DNA of 64,000 bases from Eledone cirrhosa. Its lineage: Eukaryota. The stretch lies in the NCBI GenBank assembly GCA_964016885.1, contig OZ024747.1, forward strand, positions 62,062,001 to 62,126,000. Reading direction: 5' to 3'. The position numbers and the translations under genes are program-made. How positions within the stretch are numbered: position 1 is the first letter of the stretch; every line of letters begins with the position of its first letter. This document shows positions 42,768-55,442 of this stretch, piece after piece. The notes beneath the pieces were generated by a model that worked only from the letters and a program-made list of their open reading frames with translations, searched no databases and was not told the DNA's origin.

Positions 42768-42985
42768 CTAGAAAGAAAGGAAAATGAAATAATTTAAAAA
42801 CCACTGCTTTAAGTGATTAGTCTAATAAGTAGAATATATTTTATCTATATCCCACTTTTGATGCTAATCTATGTCTCCAGAAAGGACACTGTTTTCAATG
42901 ACCCAATTGAATAGAGGTTTAAAAATTGGTCCCTTGGTAAAGAACAGCTCATTTCTGTAAGTAGCAGGGATATATATATATATAT

Positions 42986-43200
42986 TTACATAATAAACAC
43001 AATATAATTATTCCATTACCAAAGGTTTCAGGAAACTAGACGACCATTACAGAAACGTCTGGCCCATCTACTGAATGGGCCGGATGTTTCTGTAAGGATT
43101 GTTTAGTTTCCTGTAACCTTTGGTAATGGAATAATTATATTGTGCTGTTTATTATGTAATTAAATAGCTCTGTACTACACATAGAACACTCTTCTTTTCT
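42986..43200. mobile_element. Palindromic element of the same family as 6771, lacking the CTGATGA half at its centre
   Basis: Arms 42986-43067/43075-43159 contain GAAACctttgGTAatgga; tail taattaaatagctctgt..catag..cactctt. Confidence 0.75.
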
Positions 43201-43936
43201 ACGGAAATACTTAAGATATATATATATATGTATATAATTGACAAATATATCCTTAATTGGGCTAGATATATCATTTTACATTGGATTTTCCATTCTTACA
43301 TGGATTGGATGAAGCTTGGAGCATATACTGGTTTCATTAACAGGGTTATGAGACAGAATGAATTGTAGCAACATGAAATGAAGTACCTTGCTCAAGGACA
43401 CAACTTGTTGCCTGATCTAGGAATCAATGTGGGAATCAAACTCATGGCTTTATAATTACAATTGCAACAACCTAACCACCAGGCCATGTACCTTCACATT
43501 TACTTAGTTTATAGTTTATAGTACTAAACACAACTTTTATCATAGAGAAAACATACAAGGTGTCTCGACTAATAAATACCTATCACTACGAGATTAACTA
43601 ATAACTCTTTCTTACAAATCATAGGACCTGAAAATTACACCAAATAAATATAATTTCTGTAACCCTTTAGCATTTAAATATGTATCTGGCCAGTAACTAG
43701 CCACTGACGTTAAGGTATTGTTCTCAAAATAAATAATATCAAAATCTCATAGATTCAATATTATGTGTGATATTATGTAAGGTAAAGCCTATACCGCAAA
43801 AGTACAATAGTATATATGGAGTAATGTAAATGCTAAATGGTTAAAATTCAATTCAAAGAAGAAAAAATGTTTAATAGTTTACAGGGAAGTGATTTAATTG
43901 AACCCGAACAATTGATTAGTAAAAAAATTTGTTTAC

Positions 43937-44041
43937 CTGAGTCTCATTGCCAAATAGTTTCCATTTGCGTAATGCGTAGTGTGCAAGTCCAGCTTTACCA
44001 GCCACGGCAATACACTGACCAGACCGATCCACGGCAGCATA
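43937..44041 (-). CDS. RIC1: RIC1 exon 8 ([35 protein letters not shown])
   Basis: gttag acceptor, gtaaac donor; human [37 protein letters not shown]. Confidence 0.96.
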
Positions 44042-44647
44042 CTAACATACAAATAAATGAAACAAACAATAAATAAAGCACCCAGTACACTCTGTAAAGA
44101 GGTTGATGATAGGCAGGGCATCCAGCTATAGAAAACCTATCAAACAAAACTTCAGGAGGACAATTCAGCTGAGTTGAAGATATGACAATCCAATCTAGTG
44201 CTGGTGCCATGATAATATATCTCAATGCATTATTTTGGCATCTACTAAGCGTTGAACAACATGCTTGCAGCATATAGTTATAGCCCTTTATCTTCTGAGT
44301 TCAATTCCTGCTAAGTTAGCTTTGCCTTTCATCCTTATGGGGTCAATAAAATGAAATACCAGCAACGTAATGCGGTCGATTTAATTGACTTTCCCCGCCC
44401 CAAAAATTGCTGGCCTTGTGCCTAAATCAGAAACCATTATTTCGGCATCTTAAATAAAGATGACAAGTGTATTCCAGTTTCTAGAAGACATATAATATAT
44501 CTGTCCTAGAGTTTCATAAGAGGTGACTGACTACTAAAATGTATAAGGAAGGGTATCCAACCATAAAACACTGCCTCAAAAAGTCACATCAAATCCATGA
44601 TAGCATGAGAAAGCAGATATTATAATGATGTCCAACACGCTATTGTT

Positions 44648-45000
44648 CTATTGATACACGATATGTTTACAAATAAACATTTAGAAAGCTTTCTAGCTAT
44701 AAATACTGAAAAGATGACAGCTAGCAAAAATTGAGCTGGCTTGTACAATTCTATATGCAAATGAAGCTAATCAGCCCATCTACATAGGCGAAAAAACTAT
44801 ATATTTTTGCCTGTTTCAAATTTCAGCAGACAGCAAGAGAAGCACTGTTCTGATGATGGCCAGAACCAGAAATGCATTGGCAGTTGTACCCCGCAAATTC
44901 TGCTGGAATCCACTAAACGGAGCTAGCCATCAGCTTTTCAATATTCATAACTAGAAGGCTTTCTAAATATTTATTTGTAAACATGCTGTATATCAATAGA
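44648..45000. mobile_element. Fold-back element (arms about 44648-44724/44921-45000) enclosing a hammerhead
   Basis: tctattgatac..atgtttacaaataaacatttagaaagc is mirrored by gctttctaaatatttatttgtaaacatg..tatcaataga. Confidence 0.7.
44844..44884 (+). ncRNA. Candidate type I minimal (dimer-type) hammerhead ribozyme
   Basis: actgtt-CTGATGA-tgg ccagaa cca-GAA-ATGCAT-T-ggcagt: full core, 6-bp stem I, 3-bp stem II, palindromic stem III, AUU triplet. Confidence 0.8.
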
Positions 45001-46204
45001 TATACGAAATTCACATATTTATATGTATATAGCTGTGTTGGAACAAAACTATAATTCTATTGTTCTATGTTCAATCCCAGGGGTTTTCAACCTAGAGATT
45101 TCACAGAACCCCTAGGTCATGTATCAAACATTTTCGGTTCTTCCATACTGCTATATCAACGCCAAGTGCCAATATTGCTGAAACATGTTTTAAGGTTCCT
45201 TGATTTTTCTATCCAACAGTGGAAGTTCTGAGCTCAGGTTCATCCTACCTATTTATTCTCAATATTGTTGTTAATCTGTTATTTATTGACCAATTACTTC
45301 AATAATACAACATTCTATATTATTAATGGTCAATGCCAGAATATTCTCACCTGAATTTACTAACTACAGTATACAGTAGAAGTAACACTTGTTTCAAGTA
45401 AAACAAACATGACGCAGAGCCGGTTTAATAAATAGTGGCTTATCTCCCTTGCACCATTATAACTTTATTTACCGCCTACCCTCTCCTACCAATCCATGTT
45501 TTATAATAATGCTACTATAGGCACAAGGCCAGTAAATTGGGGAGAAGGGAAAGTTGATTAAATCGACCACAGTGCGTTACTGGTACTATATTTTATCGAC
45601 CCCTTAAGGATGAAAGGCAAAGCCAACCTTGGCAGGATTTTGCCGTAACTATAAAACTTTTTGTGTACAGTGTTCAGGTGCACTACAACTCATCAATAGT
45701 GCATGGATAGTACATAGAATAATGTACAAATGTCAGGAAAGTGAACAGTGTATGAGTCATGGTATACACACAGACACACTCACTCACACATGCGTGCTTG
45801 TGTATGGTTGCCAACCTTTCCACCACTAAGGTCTCCTTTTATTTAAATAAATTTTCTCATGGCCCCCTCCCCTCCAAGATTATTCTTTGGGGAGAATAAT
45901 AATCTAAAGAAAAAAATGTTTATACTTAAAAGAAGACTCCATATCCAATAGTATGTGCATAGTAGGTTTCTAACAAATTAATTGATACTTTAAATTTAGT
46001 GCTACCTTTGTGGAGTTGTTGGGCTCTGAAAACCCCTGGTTGGGAACTCCAGTGATTGACCAATTTGAACTGGTACTTATTTGTTGAGTCTTTAGAAATA
46101 CAAGCTATAGGCACTTGAAGTGGGATTTCATATTAGAATAATGGACTAACAAAGTTTGAATTACTTAGTCAAGATTTTAAGCTTCCTGATAAACTTTGAG
46201 ATAT

Positions 46205-46382
46205 ACCATACTCTGAACGCCTTGCTTCCCTGGGAATGGATACATTAAAGCTCCAACGTCTGGCAACTGACTTGGTAGACACCCACAAGATTATTAACCA
46301 TCTTTCCAACAACAACCCTGGGAACCTTCTTGAATTCCATGTGTCTAACACCCATGGACATGCTTACAAAATCAGAAAACAG
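46205..46382 (+). mobile_element. CR1-type LINE ORF2 C-terminal fragment
   Basis: PYSERLASLGMDTLKLQRLATDLVDTHKIINHL...NTHGHAYKIRK. Confidence 0.85.
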
Positions 46383-46590
46383 AACAGGAATCAGTTGCAA
46401 TGAGCACTCACAATACGACAGTGAAGTAAATGTCTTAACTACACAGCCTTGTCTCTGCCTAGTGTATTCTTATTGATATATTTGTTAATTCAATGATGGA
46501 AAAAATGTGAACTGCTTGAAACAACAGCGAGAATAAAAGCAACAATGTGAAAAACACCAATCTAAGACAACAAAAACATTTCCAACTTAC

Positions 46591-46788
46591 CCTAATTGGC
46601 CAGTTAGCTGAGAGGTAGCTATGAGAGATTGGTATAACCTGCCACTGTTTATTGCCAACCAATACATGAGAGATAGGAGAAGATGTGACAGGGTGCGACA
46701 AATTGGAGTTTGAAACTTTGAAAACTGAGTCGCCAATATTCAAATAAAGCTTATCTTCTCCTTGAAGGAAAAGGTGTTCATGATTTGC
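46591..46788 (-). CDS. RIC1: RIC1 exon 7 (ANHEHLFLQGEDKLYLNIGD...QWQVIPISHSYLSANWPIR)
   Basis: tgtag acceptor, gtaagt donor; human SNQEQVLLQGEDRLYLN...HWHVVQISSTYLESNWPIR. Confidence 0.96.
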
Positions 46789-48304
46789 CTACAAAATATA
46801 CAAAAAAAAAAATTGATTAGTAATATCACTAACACAGTGTGATTCAAAATAGAAAAGTACACGAACACATCTGTAATATGTTTATTCAGTCCACCCTGTT
46901 TAGTGGTGGATGTACAAACTTTAATAATGTAGAGTGAGGGGATCCTTTGGTTTTGTCTAGGACATGACAACCTCTCCAGTGTTGCTGCAGTCATAAAATA
47001 TATTTAGTACACTCTGTAAAGTGGTTGGTATTTAAACAGAGAGAATATTGAGTAGAGAAGATACTTCAAATCTTGCAAAGTACATAACCATACAGGTGCT
47101 ACAATAAAATGCACCTAGTCCACTCTGTAAAGTGGTTGTGCTGATACCGCAATAAAATACACCCAGTGGAAGGAAGCCACAGTAGATGAAGACCAAGAAA
47201 GACCTGGGCAGAAGTTGTGAGAGCTGACCTCAAATCGGTAAGTGTGCACATGCTGACAATTTATAACAATGAAATGCTGCCTCTTATACCCTGGTTGCTG
47301 AGGTACCCGTGACAAGTTCACAGCAAGACTAAATATGTGTCTATTATACATAAACATAAGGATGGTGGATCGGCAGAATCATTAGAGCATTAGACGTGGT
47401 TTTGGGAGTTACTATCACTGAACCTTGGGCAAGTAACAACTACCATAATATTGGGTCATGCAAAGCCTTGTCAATAAAATTTGGTAGAATGAAACTACAC
47501 TTTGGGAAAGTTTCTACTACCAAATTCCTTAGATCATTCAAAGCCTTGTGAGTGAAATTTTGTAGACAAACTATGCAGAAGCCCATATATTTACCACCCT
47601 GTTGTTGAGTAATAAACTTAATCCATCACAAAGTTTAACACTACTGCTACCTAGGTTTTAGATACTTTTAGCACAATACACCCTGCTGCAAGCACTTGGT
47701 GAAGGACTCCAGTCTGAAGACATCTTATTTTCACGAGTCTTGTAAGTCTTGAGAAATATTACGTTCTTCCTCTAAGTTATGAAAAGATAAAAAAGAATCC
47801 GATTCGTGTAGGGGAGAAAACTCGGCCAACACATAATACATGGCTAGAAATAAGTGGATCTCCGTTATTTTCAAATCGTTCAATGTTTCAGTTGTCGATC
47901 AACAGTGCTGACTGCCCATGAAATTAATGTGAAAGTGGTTGAATATTCCAGACAGCTGTACTCTTAACGTAATTCTCAATGATATACAGAATTAGCGTGG
48001 CACACTCTCAGACAAGGCTGGCCCTTAAGTTACAGGTACAGTCCATCTGTTGGGCTTCCAAACAGTTTCTATCTAACAAAGCAAGGGTCGACCTGAGGCT
48101 ATGGTAAATGACACTTGCCTCAAATGCCACACATTGGGATCAAATTCGGGACCTAATGATTGCAAAGCATACATCTTAACCATTGCAAGTTGTGATTTTT
48201 CTCATTTCTTTACCAACTGCCCACCTAAACATACCTTGAATACTAGCCTGATCTGTGGTCTTCTCAGTCTCTTTACTGTAAATACTTCGTATATAGAATA
48301 ACTA

Positions 48305-48520
48305 GAGAGTTGGGTGAAAGAGTGCCAGGAAATGCCAGTGGAAGGAAGTCACAGTAGAGATAGACCAAGAAAGACCTGGGCAGAGGTTGCAAGAGCTGAC
48401 CTCAAATCACTGGAACTCACAGAGGTGATGAAAAAGGATTGCGACGTGTGGGGAGATGCTGAGCTGAGAAGGGCCCATCCAACCCATGCAAGCATGGAAA
48501 AGTAGACATAAAACGATGTA
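48305..48520 (+). mobile_element. RTE LINE 3' relic
   Basis: VKECQEMPVEGSHSRDRPRKTWAEVARADL, followed by the aacccatgcaagcatggaaaa terminal motif. Confidence 0.8.
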
Positions 48521-48608
48521 CTGACATCTAACTGAACTGAACTGTTTAAAATGAAAACAGTAAACAATAAAAAAAAAATAAAAAAATGAAAAAAAAATGA
48601 AAACTTAC

Positions 48609-48773
48609 CATACAGGGGTTAGATGTTAAAGAACTTTTTACAAACTGCATTTGTACCAGTTGTGTTGTAGGGGACTCCTCCTCAGATGGACTTTCCTCTT
48701 CAACAGATGAGCTATCTTCCTCAGTAAAGCATTCACAGATCATCCATAGGTGATATCCTTCAATACCCCACTC
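48609..48773 (-). CDS. RIC1: RIC1 exon 6 (EWGIEGYHLWMIC...QFVKSSLTSNPCM)
   Basis: tacag acceptor, gtaagt donor; human SWGAEGYHLWVI...QFIKSVLTVNPCM. Confidence 0.96.
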
Positions 48774-48914
48774 CTGTAGAATAAATACATTAACATCAAT
48801 ACATTACTTGGAAAAATGAAACCGAAAAAAACAATGAAATTTACAGTTCACACCTATGTACGTAAGTTTAGCTGGCCTCATACTAGGGTGTATCCCATAG
48901 GAGGTTTCTTGAGT

Positions 48915-49445
48915 GAACACACACACACACACACACTATAGATAGGTAGAGGTGTGTACACACACACAATAGATAGAGTGGAAACACACACACTATAGAT
49001 ATATGGGGTGAATACACACACTATAGATAGATGGGGTGGACGGACACACTATAGATATATAGAGTGGATACACATACTATAGATATATGGAGTGGATACA
49101 TACATACTATAGATATATAGAGTGGATACACTCACACTATAGATATATAGAGTGGACACACACACACTATAGATATATAGAGTGGATATACACACACACT
49201 ATAGATATATAGAGTGGACACACACACACACACACACTATAAATATATGGAGTGGACGGACACACACTATAAATATATGGAGTGGACGGACACACTATAG
49301 ATATATGAAATGTGTACACACATACACTATAGATATATGAAGTGGATACATACATACTATAGATATATGGAGTGGATATATACACACACACTATAGATAG
49401 GTAGAGGTGTGAACATACATACACACACACGATAGATAGGTATAG
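48915..49445. repeat. Minisatellite, about 30-bp cactatagatatatagagtggatacaca
   Basis: Tandem degenerate units filling most of intron 5-6. Confidence 0.9.
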
Positions 49446-49453
49446 ATACTTAC

Positions 49454-49502
49454 CATGCTTTTAACAGGAGAAGGATAAAGCTTACTTTCAGATTTTGGGA
49501 AC
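49454..49502 (-). CDS. RIC1: RIC1 exon 5 (FPKSESKLYPSPVKSM)
   Basis: ttcag acceptor, gtaagt donor; phase 2 to 0 exactly bridges exons 4 and 6; human ..DPLKINSM. Confidence 0.88.
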
Positions 49503-50794
49503 CTGAAAAAGAAAAATATATATATATATTCACACACACATATATGTATATATATCATCATCATCGTTTAACATCCATTTTCCCCACAGAGAGAGGGGGG
49601 GGGACAAGCAAGAGAGAGGGAGAGAGAGAGAGAGAGCAAGCAAGAGAGAGGGGAGAGATCTAATTCAGTAGTGATTAAATAACAAGTAAAAGAAAAATTT
49701 TCTAAAATATTGCAATAGAATGTAAAAACAAACAAATTTCCTGTTAACTCTTCCAAGAAGAATCCCCAATCCTCTCACACCTACTGTTTCTATAATGAGG
49801 AGAACAACAATTTTTACATGATACAATCTCATTCCCATCTTCCACTACCCACTTCTATCGTTAATATTTTTCCCACTACTCCTATCTCAACCACCCATCA
49901 CCCCAAGCATCATTTCTTTCCCTTTTTCCCCCCTCTCCCACATACTTTTGCTCTCTTCATCCATTAACCTGGATCCTTCTAGCATTGTTCTCTCTCATTC
50001 ACCCTCTTGGCCACTTTGCCTTGAATGAAGGGAGACAATGTTGAGAAGTGATTACTCTTTAGTCTCGTAAGATCAAATACAAACTCACTATCGCAGATGA
50101 TTCAACACAATGCACCCAGTACACTTTGTAAAATGGCTAGTCATTAAACAGAGAAAGCATAGGGTTGAGAGGACTTTCATGTTACTTTGGAATTGTTTAA
50201 TAGCCCTTAATGTGTCAAGATATTAAACAAATGGCAGTATAAAAACAACACAAGACATCCTGCTCTGAATTAGTTTCCTCAATTCTCTTTTTGATAAAGG
50301 GATTTTATCCTGAAATATCAAGGACTATTAACTCAGAGGTAACATTCCAACAATTTTGTTATAGTTATTTTAATATTTAATGTCCCATTTTTTTAATTTA
50401 ATAAATATTTTATTTAATATTAACCTCATTTGAGGATAGATAAAATAATTAGCAAAACACTACAAATATTTAAAAACGGAAAAGGAATGAAAAGGCAAGG
50501 GTTCTAGGGTCACAGAAGAATGGGAGGGGGAAGGGGAAGAGTGATGGGCTCTTGCCCACGGTGGTGGTGGGGCTGCGACCTGTGGACAAGACCGCAAAAG
50601 CATTTTCGTTTGCTGTAGCCTTCTAATAAAACGCACTATTTTCTACACTTTACCCAATGCATCAAGCTAACAACATCCTCTAAAATATTATTAAAATATA
50701 AAATGTTCATCACAGCTAAATAGTCAAACAATATTTCCCATTGGATGGTGAAAATAATTTGGGATTAGAAAACAAAACAATCCTGCTGACTTAC

Positions 50795-50939
50795 CAATAA
50801 TCACCACCCAGAGTGCATACTAAGAGAGCACCAAAGACACTCCAGAGTGAGAATCCACCATGTTGCCAACACACAGCCACAGCTGTTTCATCAGGTGTCC
50901 ATTTCATACAAGACACAGCACCAATCATCTCTCCAGCAT
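50795..50939 (-). CDS. RIC1: RIC1 exon 4 ([47 protein letters not shown])
   Basis: cttag acceptor, gtaagt donor; human [42 protein letters not shown]. Confidence 0.97.
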
Positions 50940-51349
50940 CTAAGACAAATGTTAAAAATAAAACTATATATAGTTGTGTGTGTGTGCGTGTGTGAGAATG
51001 TGTGTGTGTGTGTATGTGGCTTTTAACAATAAAAAATAAACCAAAAGACAAAGATAGGTTCTTAATCATTTCACTGTTTTACAGTCAATTCAGAGAGTTG
51101 ATTGATCATGATAAATTGACATATTGACTAATAGAAAGTGGTTATGTCACCCCATATTTCTAGTTGTGCATATATGTGTATGTATATATATATATTGTGT
51201 GTAGGGAAAACAGCCCTGTTTGTCCTACAAAATGTTCGTGTTAGCTTTGCTGACAATTTTTTTAATACATGATAGTTTCTATTCAATCATCAATCACATT
51301 ACAGAGTATAATAGGAGTGCTTTATCATAAAACCAGCACTCTAAATCCC

Positions 51350-51610
51350 TTCTTCTTCTCCCACTTATTCCTGAGAGGATCGTGGGGCGAGAGTCCTCAA
51401 ACACTCCTTCCAGCAGGTCCTGTCAGAAGCAACCATCTCCAACTGATCCAGCTGGATCCCCAAGGGAGACCAGCCAAGCTCCTGGATGTTATCCAACCAT
51501 CTTGCTCGGGGTCTACTCCCGAGTCTCCTGCTGGTTGGTTTTTGCCCATAAAATTGTCCAGTGATTCTTTCCTGAGACATGTCCATAGTATCGTGCTGTC
51601 ATCTCTCAAT
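51350..51610 (-). mobile_element. Rex3/Expander-like RTE 3' fragment
   Basis: RRLGSRPRARWLDNIQELGWSPLGIQLDQLEMVASDRTCWKECLRTLAPRS. Confidence 0.8.
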
Positions 51611-52146
51611 ATTTACTTGTTTATGACAATGATAGGGATGTTGGAATGCTGTATGAAAAAGAAGACTGACTGTAATCCAAGCCAAAACATGTGTGTCACC
51701 AGATGAGAAACAAAGACTAACCTACTTTAAAAGTTTTTTAAAACAGAGTGTTGGACCTTGAATTGTTCCAACAAAGAATGTTCCAATTCTAATAACAACA
51801 GAACAACCTGCTCATGAAATTAACATGTTAGTGGCTCAGCATTCCGCAAGCACATGTACCCTTATACATGTAGTTCTCAGGGAGATTCAGTGTCACACAG
51901 TGTGTAACAAAGCTGATCCTCTGAATCACAGGTACAACTCACTTCTGCCAGCTAAGTGGACTGGAGCAATGTGAAATAAAGTGTCTTGCTCAAGGACACT
52001 ATTGGAAGCCAAACCCATGACTTTACAATCTGAAACCAAACATCCTAACACTAAGCCAGGTGCCTTCACTTATAAAACAGTAAATATGACATTAATGACC
52101 CCAAATATTCTATCTATGGACAGGTGTACAAAATTATATACTTTAC

Positions 52147-52235
52147 CTGGATAATCTTTATTCAACACTTTCAAGCAATGTGAAACCTCTAGGACACCAA
52201 CCATTTCATCAAATGAGTACACAATTCCTTCACCA
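52147..52235 (-). CDS. RIC1: RIC1 exon 3 (GEGIVYSFDEMVGVLEVSHCLKVLNKDYP)
   Basis: ttcag acceptor, gtaaag donor, phase 2 to 1; human [29 protein letters not shown]. Confidence 0.93.
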
Positions 52236-52258
52236 CTGAAATGGAGAGAATTCTTTTT

Positions 52259-52458
52259 TTAATCCTTTAGCATTTACATTACTTTATATTTACTATTATA
52301 TTTTCATGGTAAAGGTTTTATCTCACATAATATAGAATCTACGAGATTTTGATGATGTTATTTTATATTTTGAGAACAATACCTTAGCGACTGGTTTGAA
52401 CAGAAAGAGGTGAGAGAGTTCTGGCCAGACATGACCGCTTTAAATGCTAAAGGGCTAA
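52259..52458. mobile_element. piggyBac-type MITE P1; an inverted copy lies at 53742-53957
   Basis: TTAA-tcctttagcattta ... taaatgctaaaggg. Confidence 0.8.
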
Positions 52459-52480
52459 ACAACACAAGATTATAAATACA

Positions 52481-52647
52481 TACAAGTGAAATTCCATTAT
52501 AACGAAATTCATAGGGTATAAAAAAAAATTTGTTGTAATAAAAAATTCTTTATAACGAGATCGACCGAAACTCATTGAGCGTGTAGCCACAGATTGAAAA
52601 AAATTTCGTTATACTGAAAAATTTGTTATAACAGAATTTTACCTGTA
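52481..52647. mobile_element. Tigger/pogo-like MITE
   Basis: TA-caagtgaaattccattataacgaa ... tttgttataacagaattttacctg-TA. Confidence 0.75.
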
Positions 52648-55176
52648 TACAAAATATATTTATATATCATCATCATCTTTATGCCTGCTTTTCCCAAGCT
52701 TGCATGAGCTAGAGGAGACTTTTGGGGGCATATTTTCTGTAGCCAGATGCCCTTCTTGATGCCAACCCATACCTTATTTTAAGTATGCTTTATACTGTTA
52801 AAACTTGCTGAACAACTGCAAAACATTGTTTATGAAGGACATAAACAAATGTCACTGATGGACTTGTTATCTAAATTATAATCTTCCAACATAATTTTAT
52901 ATATAAACCTTGTATTAAGTCATGTTACAAATACCATCTTAATAATGAAATAATTGGAGAGAGTCCTTTTAAATTCTTTGTTAACTACTCTCAGGTCTTG
53001 AATAATCACCCACCCCCACCTGCTTGTTAATTTTTCAGAATTTTTCCAACATCCCCAAGTGCTTATTACATTTTGCTAATCTATCTCTGGTGAAATTTTA
53101 TTTCAAGTGGTAGCATTCCTGTGACATTTTTCTACATCAAAAGTATTATACATGACAAAAAAAGTATGTTACTAGAAATCCGATATGTTATAAAATAAAT
53201 AGGATGGTGGTTTCAATATGTAAACTAAATGACTAATTCAGGGTTTTAAAAAATTACCTATTTTCCACCCCCACCCCAACTGCCACAGTTTATTCTACCC
53301 CACCCCCAGCTTATTCCAACCCCCCTTATTATTTGGGACCTGAGAGTAAGTGAAATATGGTTTATTTCATTAGAATATGGTCGCTATAGGGTTGAGTCAT
53401 GGAAACTTTGAGCAAGGAATTGAACAGATGTTTACCACTAGAAAATAATCATGCTGAAGAAGGCAATGTTTTCAATAGTAAAGTATAATACAACAAAATC
53501 CCTTGCTTTCAAATAGTAACCACAGCAGCAACATTTCTTGAAGCAAGATAGTTTAATTCACTGAGTTTAGCAGCTGCACATGTACACTAACACCTTCTAA
53601 CATAATGGATGAAGAGAATGAAAGAACTGGTATAATTTTGTTCTCAATATCTATCTTGAAATAGTCCTCCCAATTTATTACACTTAGATTATTTCTTTCT
53701 TGAATACATCTCCACACACAAGCCCCCTTGACAAACAGTCTTTAATCCTTTAACATTTAAACCGGCCATATCCAGCCAGAATTCTCTCATCTCTTTCTGT
53801 TGAAACTAGCCATAACCGGTTGCTCATACTTATGTTAAGGTATTGTTCTCAAAATAAATAATATCAAAATCTCATAGACTCGATATTATGTTAGATAAAG
53901 TGTTTACTATGAAAATACAACAGTAAATATAGAGTAATGTAAATATTAAAGGGTTAATTATCAAACATGTATACAGAACATTGATTTTAGCATAATTGAC
54001 TGCATCGCAATAAAAATTTTAACAAAGAAAAAATACTATAAACATTTGAATTAACAATACCATTTTTAGATATTTTCTGCTAAATCATAACAGGATGTTA
54101 AGAGTTAGTCTTTGCTGAAAGCAGTCAAAACAGCAAATTTATTAATTTTTAAAAAATCAATCACTGCAGATCAATAAGCTATTCCATAACAAAAACTGTG
54201 TGATTTGATAATGCTAATTTCTCCCCCTTCTCTGCAAAACTCTTATTTAAACTAATTCATAAACTTTGACTTTATGCCAGAACGTATCTTTTAACTAGTT
54301 GGCATAAATTTTTAAAACTGAAGTCCATGCCAAATTTCAAAAGACTTTAGTAATTTATAACAGCAGTCAGCACTTAACTCTTTCCGTTCCAAAAACTAAA
54401 TAGACTTGTTATGAGCACCAAACAACCTAGACTTGCATACAAACTGAAGAATAGGTCACCATCTTCATTGATTTTTTTAATATCTACTTTTTACATGTTT
54501 GCAAGGGTTGGGATAAGATTGGGTTGGGGGCAGGTTTTCTATAACCAGATGCCCTATATGTCACCATTTTTTTTTTTTTTTTTTTTTACCAGGAACGAAT
54601 GACAAAATCTCAGACCTCAATCATTTACCAAATGGAGTTGAACTCATCAGATTAGACCAAGGAAACAATGTTTCCATTAGTTTTTCCAAATGCTGATACT
54701 ATATCCCAGTCACAATTATTCCTGGCTGAAGGAGCTACATGAAATAAAGCATCTTCCTCAAGGACACAATGGATCTTCAGGTCTGGGAATTGAACTCACA
54801 ACCTCACAGCTTTCTCTCTCTTCTCTTTTCTATTGAAGTCATCTATTCAGCTTTGTATGTGGAACATTCTTCAACAACCACAACCACTACTACTACCAAT
54901 CCTCTAACCACTAAGCCATGCACCTTACACCAACCCTTACCTTAATTATCAAGTGTGGTATACACTATTCACATTCATTAAACCCCTACACTACAGGATA
55001 TATTGTTCATAGAGGACATAAATAATTTAATTGATTTTTTTCTCTAAATGGTGTCAAAATAACAGTTGCACCATACAAACAAAGGGTTGATTGCCTTACA
55101 GTTCCCATCTACCAAACTCATTCACAAAACAGTCAACCCAAGGAGAGAGAGAGTGTGTGAGTGTGTGTGTGTGTGA

Positions 55177-55216
<40 letters not shown>

Positions 55217-55240
55217 AGAACAAAAGATGGTAAAAAGAGT

Positions 55241-55320
55241 TCCATGTATTTTATTATGCGCATTTCAAAAACAAACATCATCATGCAATAACATTTGCGT
55301 TTTCATCAGATAAAACAGGA
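55241..55320 (-). ncRNA. Candidate type I hammerhead ribozyme in an element of about 230 bp flanked by (TA)n
   Basis: ttttat-CTGATGA (55309-55303), long G.U-rich stem II, GAA-ATGCGCAT-A-ataaaa; AUA triplet. Confidence 0.7.
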
Positions 55321-55442
55321 AGACATGATATGAAGGTCAAAAAACACTTGTGGATAGTGCAGTTTTAAATCAACATATAGAGTGCTTCTTATCCGATATC
55401 TGCATTGCTTTATTGTACTACAATAAAACTCACCTCCTACAT

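Noticed and set aside
50018-50085. tgaatgaagg-gagac...gtctc-gtaagatc as a decayed hammerhead
   Set aside because: Too many core mismatches and no convincing stem I.
50884-50895. CTGATGA-AAC on the minus strand as a hammerhead
   Set aside because: It is the RIC1 codons Pro-Asp-Glu-Thr, with no stem II.
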